A stretch of DNA of 26,164 nt from Methanobacteriota archaeon (GTDB taxonomy: Archaea; Thermoplasmatota; Thermoplasmata; SG8-5; JAGLSY01), in contig JAEHCO010000010.1 of assembly GCA_020697715.1 (NCBI GenBank), positions 1-26,164 of the forward strand, read 5' to 3'. The notes beneath the pieces are model-generated. The model was not told the origin of the DNA, did no database searches, and worked only from the letters and a program-made list of their open reading frames with translations. Positions 1-9,764 of this stretch are shown here, in pieces (positions within the stretch are counted from its first letter, which is position 1; each line of letters starts with the position of its first letter). The translations under genes and the position numbers were made by a program.

Positions 1-68
1 GCAAAGACCATACTGATCATCAGTATTACTGTCAATATGCTAGCTCCTTTCATAATGCTTTGTTTCAT
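1..68 (-). CDS. N-terminus of a secreted/membrane protein (truncated by window edge)
   Basis: ATG at 68 preceded by GGAGGAGG; reads MKQSIMKGASILTVILMISMVF, which is signal-peptide-like. Confidence 0.7.
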   Translation of the reverse strand, partial: MKQSIMKGASILTVILMISMVF

Positions 69-212
69 TTAATTCGTCCTCCTCCTATTGCGCGAGTATA
101 ATCAACTCATCTTGTTTTTGTACCCGCAAAGTAGTTTACATATATATACCTTTTTTACTACTATGTTATTACAGGTTATGAAAGATACCCTTTATATACG
201 GTTTGGTACAAT

Positions 213-262
213 ATTCGAACAATAAAAAGTCATTAATTCAGGGCTTCTGCAATGATACTGGC
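213..262. repeat. 50-bp direct repeat, copy 1 (duplicate of the prs 3' end and flank)
   Basis: attcgaacaataaaaagtcattaattcagggcttctgcaatgatactggc is identical to 506-555. Confidence 0.95.
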
Positions 263-401
263 TATCACACATAAAAAGGATTATTACCTATAAACCTCAT
301 GTAATATTTGACCTAAAAATCATGAATAACAAGTAGTATCAAAACACTATCAAAATGTTGTCATTATAAAGTACAAATCATAAATAATATAATAAAACAG
401 A

Positions 402-491
402 CTCCGAGCGAGCAGTGCCGGGCGAGTTTCTTTATTTGTCCGTCTTTTTTCTTTGGAGCCCGGCCAGCGCAGCGAGGATTAAAGAAAAAAG
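402..491 (+). repeat. GC-rich structured mini-element resembling the array repeats
   Basis: Inverted pairs GCCGGGC(417-423)/GCCCGGC(458-464) and CTTTTTTCTTT(444-454)/AAAGAAAAAAG(481-491); shares CTCCGAGC and GGCCAGCGCAG words with the array repeats. Confidence 0.5.
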
Positions 492-505
492 TGGTGGTGC
501 AGAAC

Positions 506-555
506 ATTCGAACAATAAAAAGTCATTAATTCAGGGCTTCTGCAATGATACTGGC
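506..555. repeat. 50-bp direct repeat, copy 2 (overlaps the prs stop)
   Basis: Identical to 213-262. Confidence 0.95.
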
Positions 556-1374
556 CATGCTTATTTTCGAGGTGCTGCTCTCCAAAGTATCGGTAGATAA
601 AAGCATATCACACGCACCTTCTAATCGTGGTATCGCTCCACCTGTGTAAAGACCATGTGTGCAGGCCGCGATGACCTTCTTCGCACCCTGTTCCCTCAAC
701 TGCTCCGAGGCCTTGATTATGGTCCCACCGGTGGCGATTATATCATCAACTATCGCCACGGTTTTGCCTTCCACATCAAGGCTTTTGGGCTTTATTTCCA
801 CGGTCGAACCATCTATCCGGGTCTTTTCAAGGAAATCCCAACCACAGCCAGCAGAGCCTGCAGCTATCGAGGCTCTGTCCTTTGAGCCTGCATCGGGCGA
901 CAATATGGCATCCACACCTTCGGATGCCAGGAACTTGCCGATCTCAGTCATGCCAGTTATGTTTCTGGCATGATCTCCGAAAGCATCCATTATAGATATA
1001 TTATGAATATCTATTGTTAAGATTCTATTAGATATCAATCCTATATGTTTAGCCATATTCCTTGCGCTGACAGCCTCGCCATTGGTGAATTCCTTGTCCT
1101 GCCGAGCATATCCAAAATATGGTACGACAGTAGTTATGGAGCCAGGATCTAATCTTGAAACCGCATCCTGCAGTATGAAAAGCTCGATGATGTTCGGGTC
1201 TGGGTACGTGGTCTGGATTATGACGACATCCTCGCCCTTCAGGTCGTCATTTATCTTGACATAATATTCTGTGTCTGGAAACCTTTTAGTTACCATATTT
1301 GCTAGACTAAAACCTGGCAAAGATGCCACTGCTCTTGACAATCCCTGTGAAGCTGATCCTCCAACCACTATCAT
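526..1374 (-). CDS. prs: Ribose-phosphate pyrophosphokinase
   Basis: RFPDTE, PYFGYARQDK, and PRPP-binding VAIVDDIIATGGT motifs. Confidence 0.97.
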   Translation of the reverse strand: MIVVGGSASQGLSRAVASLPGFSLANMVTKRFPDTEYYVKINDDLKGEDVVIIQTTYPDPNIIELFILQDAVSRLDPGSITTVVPYFGYARQDKEFTNGEAVSARNMAKHIGLISNRILTIDIHNISIMDAFGDHARNITGMTEIGKFLASEGVDAILSPDAGSKDRASIAAGSAGCGWDFLEKTRIDGSTVEIKPKSLDVEGKTVAIVDDIIATGGTIIKASEQLREQGAKKVIAACTHGLYTGGAIPRLEGACDMLLSTDTLESSTSKISMASIIAEALN

Positions 1375-1444
1375 CTTAACACCGAATGGTGATATGAGTA
1401 AGGGGATTTATAGTTGCGCACCTCAAAGCTCTACGGAGATCCAC

Positions 1445-4400
1445 CTACCAGTTCACAGTCCAGATCACATCTGAAGGCACATGCACCCAGTATCCATTAC
1501 CAGGTTCCATGAGGTCTCCAGCTCCCAATTGATCGACCATATATGGTGCTCCGGGATCGAAAGCCTCGACAATGTCCCAATTGGTCCCTGCCAATCCAAC
1601 AGCGACAGTTACCGCATTCAAACTTGGATATCCAACAAGGTTCCAGCCCGCATATAATTGGATATTTGTGGAGACAACTGCCACACCATATGAAGTATAA
1701 GTGCAAGGTTCGGTGGTGTGCACCCAGATGCCACGGTTTCTATCTAGATCATGCACCGTATTCAATGCATCTGGCCAATCAGTGGATGCGGTGAGCCAGG
1801 GTTCGGGCACTGTGGCATCATATACATACACTTGATCCCACTTGCCATTGATACTGGAAAGCACCTCTTCCAGGCTCTGATTACATTGGCGCATCGGCAC
1901 AGATATCAAATTCCAGCCAGCGATGAGGTCCTGTTTATGTTCAATTATCACCAGGGGGGCCATGTATGGATATCTGTCCAGACTGTCACCATCGATGATG
2001 TATGGTGTATCTCCTATTCCATCACTACCGGCTTGATCTTGAAGTGAGCCAGACATAAGATCAACACCACCGTAATCACTCCAATAATTTCCTCCTGAGG
2101 GATAGCCATTGTCCCACAGGACAGCCGAGCCATCATCAATTGCTTGCAAGGTATTGTCGATGAAATTGTTATGATATATTGTTGCATTCGTGCAGTTGGT
2201 CAATGAGATCCCCAGACTATTGTTCTCTATAACATTTCCACGCACTGCGAAGCCAGAGCAGTTCTCAAGCACTATTCCACTATTCCCATTTTCAAATATA
2301 TTAGAGTCAATTCCTATGCCCGCACACCCACTGATCCTTACGTAAATAGTACCAGGCGGGGCGATGCCAGTGAAGGTGTTGCCATTGACATCCAGTTCAA
2401 CATCCCTCCCTGCAGTCCCGGGTTTAGCGACAATATAGAATAACCCACGGTTACAATCACTCAATAGGTTGTCATCGATCTGGATTTCATCGGGGTGGGG
2501 CCAGCTGAATTCCTCCAAATTCAAGATATCAAAACCGATTTCGGAGTTGAATATGGAATTATTTATCAGATCCATATCAAGAGCTGAGCCAGTATCAAAA
2601 CGGTCCAAGGTCAGTTTCACTCCAGCGTAAGATGAATCTATTATAATATTGTCGAAAATGCTGTATCTCCTGTTCCCACAATCACCCAGTGCGCTGAGAT
2701 TGATGCTGATGTTCCAGTCTGTGAAGGTGTTGCCACTGTAAATATCTGGGATCCCGTCCCTGTCCTCATCAACATCATCATCCTCTATCCTCACGCCCTC
2801 TCTCCAGGGCAGGTATCCTGGTTCTGGAAAGATAGAGCCATTGAACTCATTGTCATCCAGTATAAGTCCTCTTACATTCTTCACCAGCACTCCGGCCTTT
2901 CCACCTTTTATCGTGCTGTTCTTGACCGTGGTATTAGTGGAGTTCTGGATCAGTATATTAGGTTGCGGGGATTCTGGGATCTCTATCTCATATTCCACAT
3001 CGAAGAATGAGTCCACGAAGTATGAGTCATTAGACTTCTTGTTCTTGACAGCCGAGCCATTCTTGACCTTTACAGTAGAGTTTTTGATAGTGGCCTTTGA
3101 GGAATTCTCGATCAGTATGCCAGTTGGTGCATCCGGGAATGTGATATTGTATTCCACATCGAAGAATGAGTCCACTGCAAATGTGTTCTTTGTGTTGTTC
3201 ATTTTTATTGCCGAACCATCTGTTATGTTAACCAAGAAATTACCCAGGGTCCAGTCATCACAATCATCCAATACGATACCATCCTCCAATTTGAGCTCGA
3301 GCTTTGTCAGAGTAATACTGATATTGGTCGATCTTGTACCATTGATAGCAGGCTTCACGGTATCCCTTACTGTGAAATTCCAGTTTCTCCAATCGCCACC
3401 TGGATTGTTTGTGTTATTGACCTTTGAAATACCGCCTGTATTATTGTCCGAGTCATCAATTGAGAGATTATAGATATCAATGTCTCCATTACATCCATCC
3501 AGGTCGGTAAAATACCAATCCTGTGTGTGGCCAGAATTGCCATCAAGGTAAATGCCCATTGAATCAATGAAATGGAACCCTGCTCCACCTCTTACCTGGA
3601 AACCGGTCATGTCCTGACCACCCTCGCCGCCTAAGACCATAGGATTGTTCTTGCACTCGGTGAGTCCACCGAATGAAAGGGTGTCAAGGCAGACTGCATC
3701 CCCTCCGATCCCTATCCCATAAACTCCCATACCCAGATCCGTACCCAGGTTCAATCCACCATCACCGCCTTGGATGAGACCATTTCCTTGGATAAGCATT
3801 GTACCTATGTCATTGGTCTCCAGGGCATAGATAGCATCACCGCCATTTCCACTGTAACCATTGAGCATGGCGAGATTTTCTCCACCATCCCCTCCAGATA
3901 TCTCAAGATTGTTTGTTATCTTGATGGCGTGGTTGTCAAGGAAGGGATCTCCTATATCAGTAAGGGCATTGGAGAATATTCCACTGCCGCCATTCCCGGC
4001 AATTCCATCGTCCAGCCCGTTCATCCCTCCAGCTCCACCTTTGATCAGCATATTATTTTCAATTATCAACTGTGGGCCGAACATACTGTCCCCCTGGAAA
4101 TTGTCAAGGAATATTCCATGTCCTCCAGGGAATGGGTTCATTCCATCATAATCATCCCCATATCCTCCCACTATCGTGTTCATGGAGAACCAGGGAGCAT
4201 TACCTAGATTATTGCCTGTGATCGTTATGGCTGGCTGGCCTGGCAGATATGAGCCAGGGGTCGCGTTCTTCCCATATATCTGATTATTGTTCAGCATTGC
4301 ATTTGAGTTCGAGAGGTAGACGCCAGAACCACCATTGTCGTAAATGTGATTGTCATTGATACCCATCATATAATCTTCTAGCCAGACGCCATGGTTGGTA

Positions 4401-5242
4401 TTTCCCCATATCTCGCAGCCCATCAGATTTGGCATCATATTTGGGCCTGTGCCATATACTCCAACATCATTCAGTCTGATGGTATGATCCATGATCTGGG
4501 CCGATGTATCGCGCACAATAAAGCCGGTCTGGCAATTGTGTATCAAATTACTGCCGAACTGGGGGCCTCCAGCTCCACTAGCCATCTCAATACCTATCAA
4601 ACAGTCGGAGATCTGCGTGTCCTCGACCAGGTTCCCAGACAATGAGAACGCCATTGGATCCTCAAGATATATACCGCGATTCCCACAGTCGGTTATCAGG
4701 GTGGTAGAATCTACCCAGATAAAGCCCATGTTAACTTGGATGCCATCATTGAGACACTCAGATATCATACTGAAATGCACCTCTGCCTGCCCTCCATTCA
4801 CAATGAGGCCATCAACTGCACCTTGTATCTGGGTACCTGCGAAGAGTCCAAAACCCATTACCTCGATCCCGAACCAGGGTCCGCCCATAGGTATGAAGGC
4901 AGAACCAGGCATGCAATCGATATCACCTAAAGCCATTATTCCCACATCAGGAGCCATCTGAATGACATCTCCATTGACCATTAGTATGTCACCAATTTCA
5001 ATCATCAGGTTCTCATTTATTTGATACCAGCCAGGAAACCCTGTGACCGCTCCCCCAGAATTTGCGACCAGCCATTCCATGTCTATCGGCCCCATTCCGC
5101 CTGGTGTTATGTATAATGCCTCCGCCTCCTGGCTCATAAAGGGCACAAAACTGATCATTCCAGAAGTGACCATTATCAATATAATAAAAAATGTTGTTAT
5201 CTTCCTAATATCTTTCCCACCAGATCGCTCTATTATCCGCAA
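1445..5242 (-). CDS. Large secreted parallel beta-helix (NosD/CASH-like) surface protein
   Basis: N-terminal hydrophobic signal; beta-helix repeats; Gly-rich GGxGG segments; IYHNNF...WDNGYPSGGNYWSDY motif; C-terminal GWNLISVP/GWNLVGYP/GYWVHV domain; TTG start with AGGAGAG upstream. Confidence 0.85.
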   Translation of the reverse strand: MRIIERSGGKDIRKITTFFIILIMVTSGMISFVPFMSQEAEALYITPGGMGPIDMEWLVANSGGAVTGFPGWYQINENLMIEIGDILMVNGDVIQMAPDVGIMALGDIDCMPGSAFIPMGGPWFGIEVMGFGLFAGTQIQGAVDGLIVNGGQAEVHFSMISECLNDGIQVNMGFIWVDSTTLITDCGNRGIYLEDPMAFSLSGNLVEDTQISDCLIGIEMASGAGGPQFGSNLIHNCQTGFIVRDTSAQIMDHTIRLNDVGVYGTGPNMMPNLMGCEIWGNTNHGVWLEDYMMGINDNHIYDNGGSGVYLSNSNAMLNNNQIYGKNATPGSYLPGQPAITITGNNLGNAPWFSMNTIVGGYGDDYDGMNPFPGGHGIFLDNFQGDSMFGPQLIIENNMLIKGGAGGMNGLDDGIAGNGGSGIFSNALTDIGDPFLDNHAIKITNNLEISGGDGGENLAMLNGYSGNGGDAIYALETNDIGTMLIQGNGLIQGGDGGLNLGTDLGMGVYGIGIGGDAVCLDTLSFGGLTECKNNPMVLGGEGGQDMTGFQVRGGAGFHFIDSMGIYLDGNSGHTQDWYFTDLDGCNGDIDIYNLSIDDSDNNTGGISKVNNTNNPGGDWRNWNFTVRDTVKPAINGTRSTNISITLTKLELKLEDGIVLDDCDDWTLGNFLVNITDGSAIKMNNTKNTFAVDSFFDVEYNITFPDAPTGILIENSSKATIKNSTVKVKNGSAVKNKKSNDSYFVDSFFDVEYEIEIPESPQPNILIQNSTNTTVKNSTIKGGKAGVLVKNVRGLILDDNEFNGSIFPEPGYLPWREGVRIEDDDVDEDRDGIPDIYSGNTFTDWNISINLSALGDCGNRRYSIFDNIIIDSSYAGVKLTLDRFDTGSALDMDLINNSIFNSEIGFDILNLEEFSWPHPDEIQIDDNLLSDCNRGLFYIVAKPGTAGRDVELDVNGNTFTGIAPPGTIYVRISGCAGIGIDSNIFENGNSGIVLENCSGFAVRGNVIENNSLGISLTNCTNATIYHNNFIDNTLQAIDDGSAVLWDNGYPSGGNYWSDYGGVDLMSGSLQDQAGSDGIGDTPYIIDGDSLDRYPYMAPLVIIEHKQDLIAGWNLISVPMRQCNQSLEEVLSSINGKWDQVYVYDATVPEPWLTASTDWPDALNTVHDLDRNRGIWVHTTEPCTYTSYGVAVVSTNIQLYAGWNLVGYPSLNAVTVAVGLAGTNWDIVEAFDPGAPYMVDQLGAGDLMEPGNGYWVHVPSDVIWTVNW

Positions 5243-5364
5243 ATATATCTCTCCTACGCGAGAATAAATGTTTTACTTCATATTTAAGACCTACATTATA
5301 ATAGCATAGCGGGAAAACCCTTATAACCCGCGTGACCAATGACCATTTACATAGGGTAATCTGA

Positions 5365-6612
5365 ATGAATGACGGAAAAAGATATGGATTCTTCATAGGA
5401 ATGATAATCCTTTTTGGCGGTTTCAGTCTGGCCATACTTCTAAGCCATTTAAGCAGGGCTTTCGGATTCCTGCTTATTGCAATTGGTCTGGTCATCATGT
5501 ACCTGACCAGAGATACAGCTACCAGCCTGTTCGGGACCAGAAAGCGAATAGATGGGGACGGGGATGAAAAAGAATACAAGAATCTTGGCCAGAGGTTCAT
5601 CGATCTTATCACGCTCGATGGTCGCCTGAAGCCCTTCTTCCCAATACTGGGCATCATCCTTCTGGCTGGCATCATGGCCTTCAATATCCTGATAGCCGAT
5701 GAATTTTCACTTGGAAGCAATGACTATGTCGCGCTTCTGTTGGCGGGGGCACTTATCGCCTACAATTATATCCCGAAAAAGTACAATGTGGAAAGGGATT
5801 TCGCATTGATATTCATGATATTCCTGTTCATGATACTGGTCGTTCCAACAACGATATATTCTGTGGCCTATTCATCCGAACCAGATACAAACAGCAGGAT
5901 CACGTATTACCTGCTGGTACTGCCGACTGCTGGCCTTCTGAAAATGATAGGGGTGGATGTCGCCTATGGTCATTCCCTGACGCTATTCCAGTTCTCTTAC
6001 ATGCACATGGAAGTTATCGGGCCAGGCGGGCAGGTCATTCCGGTTTCCATTGGATTATCATGCACTGGCCTTTATTCCGTGAGCATATTTGTATCGGCCT
6101 TCATCGCCTTCATATTTGTAGAATACAACAAGATCGACCGAAAGGTCCTGACCATGCTTTCCATCGGAATATTCCTGGCCTGGCTGGCCAATGTAATCCG
6201 AATGGCGATAATAATCCTGGTCGGCAAATACTATGGCTGGGACGCGATGGAATGGACCCACAATAATATCGGTGAGGTCATCTTCATGATCTGGGTCAGC
6301 ATATTCTGGCTTATCATGTTCAAGTACCTGGGCATCTGGAAGGCGGAGGATGAGAAACAGGAAAAGAAAGACAGGTCCAAGATACCAGTTACCGATAGAT
6401 CTGGAAAGGCCACTGGCAGAGCGGATCCCGGCGCTGTTAATTCTACCAGCGCCGTCACCCCACCACCCAGGAGAAAGTGTGATCTCTGCGATGAAACACT
6501 ATCTCACACGATACCAGCTTACAGATGCAATTGCGGGAAAATATATCATCTGGAATGCACATCCAGCATCAAGAATTGTCCGGCCTGCCACAGGATGATA
6601 GATAATCATTAA
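5365..6612 (+). CDS. Archaeosortase/exosortase-family protein with a C-terminal RING-like Cys/His domain
   Basis: Multi-pass membrane protein; triad-like Cys (SCTGLYS), Arg (NVIRM) and His (WTHN); tail CDLC..CNC..YH..C..CPAC. Confidence 0.85.
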   Translation: MNDGKRYGFFIGMIILFGGFSLAILLSHLSRAFGFLLIAIGLVIMYLTRDTATSLFGTRKRIDGDGDEKEYKNLGQRFIDLITLDGRLKPFFPILGIILLAGIMAFNILIADEFSLGSNDYVALLLAGALIAYNYIPKKYNVERDFALIFMIFLFMILVVPTTIYSVAYSSEPDTNSRITYYLLVLPTAGLLKMIGVDVAYGHSLTLFQFSYMHMEVIGPGGQVIPVSIGLSCTGLYSVSIFVSAFIAFIFVEYNKIDRKVLTMLSIGIFLAWLANVIRMAIIILVGKYYGWDAMEWTHNNIGEVIFMIWVSIFWLIMFKYLGIWKAEDEKQEKKDRSKIPVTDRSGKATGRADPGAVNSTSAVTPPPRRKCDLCDETLSHTIPAYRCNCGKIYHLECTSSIKNCPACHRMIDNH

Positions 6613-6635
6613 TTTACTTCATATATCGAAAAAGT

Positions 6636-7181
6636 TCATTTGTCTATCCTATCACTATGATCGCTATCTTCTTTCTCGGTGTCCAGATATCTTTTCAGGT
6701 CCTTCGATATCCTTCTGAAAATGATCGCGAGATAAAGAATAGGGAGGAGGAATATCCCACCCACAACACCGACAGCCAGCACCACATCCAGATGTTCCCA
6801 TCCGGCTCCAAACCTTTCCACTATCAGAGAGAAGGCGGTGCTTCTTAAGGTCGTGCCATTGCTCACCACTTTGAAATATAGAACATGCGAACCCTCTGGC
6901 AGTGTGGTCTTGATATAATAATCCTTGAAGTCTGAAAAGTTCTGATCAGATGCATCGACCTCCTGCAAGGGATATTCCATATCATCCACAATGACATATA
7001 TTTCCTCGGGTGCCATGTCTCCCACGAAGGTCAGAGTGAATATATATTCAGTATCTGGCCCTCCATCTCTTGGAGAGTAGGTGACCTTCGATATCGCGGG
7101 CTGTGCCAGAGTATTGGAGGCCAGCATCACGATGACTATGAAAACCAGAATGATGGGGATGATAGATCTTGACATCTTCAT
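6636..7181 (-). CDS. Secreted protein with a C-terminal membrane anchor
   Basis: Signal peptide, beta-rich domain, C-terminal TM helix followed by basic residues (RRISK). Confidence 0.75.
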   Translation of the reverse strand: MKMSRSIIPIILVFIVIVMLASNTLAQPAISKVTYSPRDGGPDTEYIFTLTFVGDMAPEEIYVIVDDMEYPLQEVDASDQNFSDFKDYYIKTTLPEGSHVLYFKVVSNGTTLRSTAFSLIVERFGAGWEHLDVVLAVGVVGGIFLLPILYLAIIFRRISKDLKRYLDTEKEDSDHSDRIDK

Positions 7182-7230
7182 GTTCGTAAATCATATTGCG
7201 GATATTTATAATTGTCCACATAATTATCCA

Positions 7231-7328
7231 AGTTGATGGAGTTTACCGAGTTGATGGAGTTTGTCGAGTTGATGGAGTTTGTCGAGTTGATGGAGTTTGT
7301 CGAGTTGATGGAGTTTACCGAGTTGATG
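7231..7328. repeat. 18-bp tandem repeat, about 5.4 copies (AGTTGATGGAGTTT[AC/GT]CG)
   Basis: Read directly; two unit variants and a 9-bp sub-period. Confidence 0.95.
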
Positions 7329-7382
7329 AATATGAACTTCACAGACTAATATTTTATAAAGACCGGGGTTTTACGTATTCTG

Positions 7383-8819
7383 ATGCGAAGTGAATTCAGC
7401 ATATTCAAGAATACCACTATCCTTCTGGCAAGCAATGTAGTGTCAAAGGCTCTGAGTGCGCTCATCGTGATAATGCTAGCCAGGCATCTCACACCAGTAG
7501 GATTTGGCGAATATAGCTTTGCCTTCGCCTTTGTGACGATCTTCATAATCATTTCGGATTTCGGACTGGATGCACTTGTTATTCGTGATATTGCCAGAGA
7601 TAAAAAACTGGCTGGCGTCTACATGGAGCATATCGGCATACTTCGAATACTGCTTTCCATCATAATGATAGCGGTCTCTCTTGTCATTGGCCATCTTTTA
7701 TCCATAGGCACTGAAAGCCTTGTGATCATCCTATTCGCGGGTCTCATATATACCTTTGAAAAATTATCTGGCCTTAGCTATGCTTTCTTCCGTGCCTTCG
7801 AGAGAATGGAGTTCGAGGCCATCAGCCAGGTCATCTGGAGACTTATTCAGATAGTCATACTTCTGGCAGCCATACAGCTTGGCTACGGATTGCGGGACAT
7901 AGTGATGATGCTCCTGGTGGCATCCATATTGAAGACAGTTATCAGCTTCACACTGGCTCTGAAGATCGGAGTAAAACCACAAAGAGGAGAATATGGGCTT
8001 CTGGACATGATGAAGATGTCCTGGCAATTCGCCCTTTATGAGATAGGCTATGCATTTTATACCAATATTATAATCGTATTATTATATATTTACTTCGAAT
8101 ATTCCCAGATAGGCTGGTTCAGCGCATCTCACAAGATATTCATACTATTGCTCATGATCCCAGTATCCTTTGAGACTGCCATATTCCCGGTACTGTCCAG
8201 GCTTTACAAAGAGCACCCCAGTAAGATGAAGATCATGTATGCGAAATCCATGAAATTATCACTTCTCATAGTTATTCCAAGCACCTTCATCATTTACACC
8301 TTTTCAGGAGAAATAATCAGCATACTGGGTGCGGAGTTCGATAGTGCCTCCAGCCTGCTGAGATTGATGATATTCGCCCTGCCTTTCACAACCCTCAATA
8401 TGATAATGAAGACAACACTCTGGAGTGCGGACAGAACTGGCATAACAGTGGGGAACATATTCGCTTCCACAGCGGCTCTGACCGTGATATCCATTCTATT
8501 GATGGAGGAGTTCGGCCTTGAAGGGGCGGTATACGGTTTCATAATCGGAGAAGTTATCTTATTCACTTTGAACTACTACTTTATATCTAAGAAAATATAT
8601 AAAATTGGCCGATATATATGGAAGCCAGTGGTGGCAGGGTGTGCCATGGCAGGAAGCATTTATTTCTTCTTCGTGATGAATGAAGGGAATATCGAGATGC
8701 AACAACTGCTCTTCATCTCGCTCGCAGTGTTCATCCTCTCCGTGGTATCATTCAAAACAATAACAGACTATGACATCCAGATAGTCAAACTTGTTCTGAA
8801 AAAAGGTAGAAAGGATTAA
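7383..8819 (+). CDS. Polysaccharide flippase (Wzx/MOP family)
   Basis: KNT..L..N, ARHL.P..FGEY, DFGL...VIRDIA, FPVLSR motifs; many TM helices. Confidence 0.92.
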   Translation: MRSEFSIFKNTTILLASNVVSKALSALIVIMLARHLTPVGFGEYSFAFAFVTIFIIISDFGLDALVIRDIARDKKLAGVYMEHIGILRILLSIIMIAVSLVIGHLLSIGTESLVIILFAGLIYTFEKLSGLSYAFFRAFERMEFEAISQVIWRLIQIVILLAAIQLGYGLRDIVMMLLVASILKTVISFTLALKIGVKPQRGEYGLLDMMKMSWQFALYEIGYAFYTNIIIVLLYIYFEYSQIGWFSASHKIFILLLMIPVSFETAIFPVLSRLYKEHPSKMKIMYAKSMKLSLLIVIPSTFIIYTFSGEIISILGAEFDSASSLLRLMIFALPFTTLNMIMKTTLWSADRTGITVGNIFASTAALTVISILLMEEFGLEGAVYGFIIGEVILFTLNYYFISKKIYKIGRYIWKPVVAGCAMAGSIYFFFVMNEGNIEMQQLLFISLAVFILSVVSFKTITDYDIQIVKLVLKKGRKD

Positions 8820-8874
8820 GGTTAGTTATTGAAGTTATTAGAGCTGACTCTATAAACTCTACAAACTCACAACA

Positions 8875-9699
8875 TCATTTCAATATCCCATCATATATCT
8901 CGATAAATCTCTTGATACAGATATCTGGGTGATGGTGTTTTATCACAAATTCCCGGGGATCCTCAGCTTTATCAGGATTCTCACCATCATAATACTTGAG
9001 AAAGTCAGGCTCAAAGTCCGTGAAGGTTCGCACACCACATGCCATGGCCTCCAGTCTGGCCATGCTCACAAGGTCGCAAAGCGTGCCGATCATCTCATCA
9101 TACTGATTGAAGAAAGCTGGCAGTTCATCATAGTCAACATAAGGAAGACGATTGACATTCGCTGGCCACTCGATCTCATTCACCGTGGTCACACAATCAT
9201 ATTGTTTATCTGGCTTGATATGATCATATACCTTTGACCCCTTCAAGAAGCGACCGCAAATGAGGGGAATATCGGACTTCTTGTCTATGTCTGGCAATGG
9301 TTTGAACTTGTCAATATTCACGGGATTGGGAATATATTCTCCATCTGGCTCATATTCTATCAGGTCCGGAGTGCTTAGCAAGATCTTGCAGGATCTCTTT
9401 CGTATGTATCGACTGATCGCGCCGTGGAATGCTGGCAGGTCCTCACGCCCCTGTGCGCTGACCAGTCGCAGATCAGAGCCATGGCAGTGCAGGATAAAAG
9501 GTATCTTGAGCTTCCTGGCCTTCAAAAATGCCCGGATGGTCGCCTTATTGAGCGCGTAATGGGCATGGACAATATCATATTTTGACATGTCCAGTGTTCT
9601 CACATCCTCTACAAAATCCGCCTCAACACCCTTCTTTCGCAGCTCATTGACAATGAACTCCGGAATATGGGCGATATTGTGGACATGGAGCACCTTCAT
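8875..9699 (-). CDS. Glycosyltransferase (GT-B, family 4-like)
   Basis: MKVLHV, DIVHAHY, HCHGSD, IPNPVN, LEAMACG motifs. Confidence 0.9.
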   Translation of the reverse strand: MKVLHVHNIAHIPEFIVNELRKKGVEADFVEDVRTLDMSKYDIVHAHYALNKATIRAFLKARKLKIPFILHCHGSDLRLVSAQGREDLPAFHGAISRYIRKRSCKILLSTPDLIEYEPDGEYIPNPVNIDKFKPLPDIDKKSDIPLICGRFLKGSKVYDHIKPDKQYDCVTTVNEIEWPANVNRLPYVDYDELPAFFNQYDEMIGTLCDLVSMARLEAMACGVRTFTDFEPDFLKYYDGENPDKAEDPREFVIKHHHPDICIKRFIEIYDGILK

Positions 9700-9764
9700 G
9701 TTTGCTGATATTGAATTGGTTTATAAATAATTGCGCACATGGGATATTTAATTTAAATATGACA

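Noticed and set aside
7196-7393. ORF with VDGVCR repeats, or a mini-CRISPR
   Set aside because: It is the translation of an 18-bp tandem repeat with no spacers, lying in a divergent promoter region.
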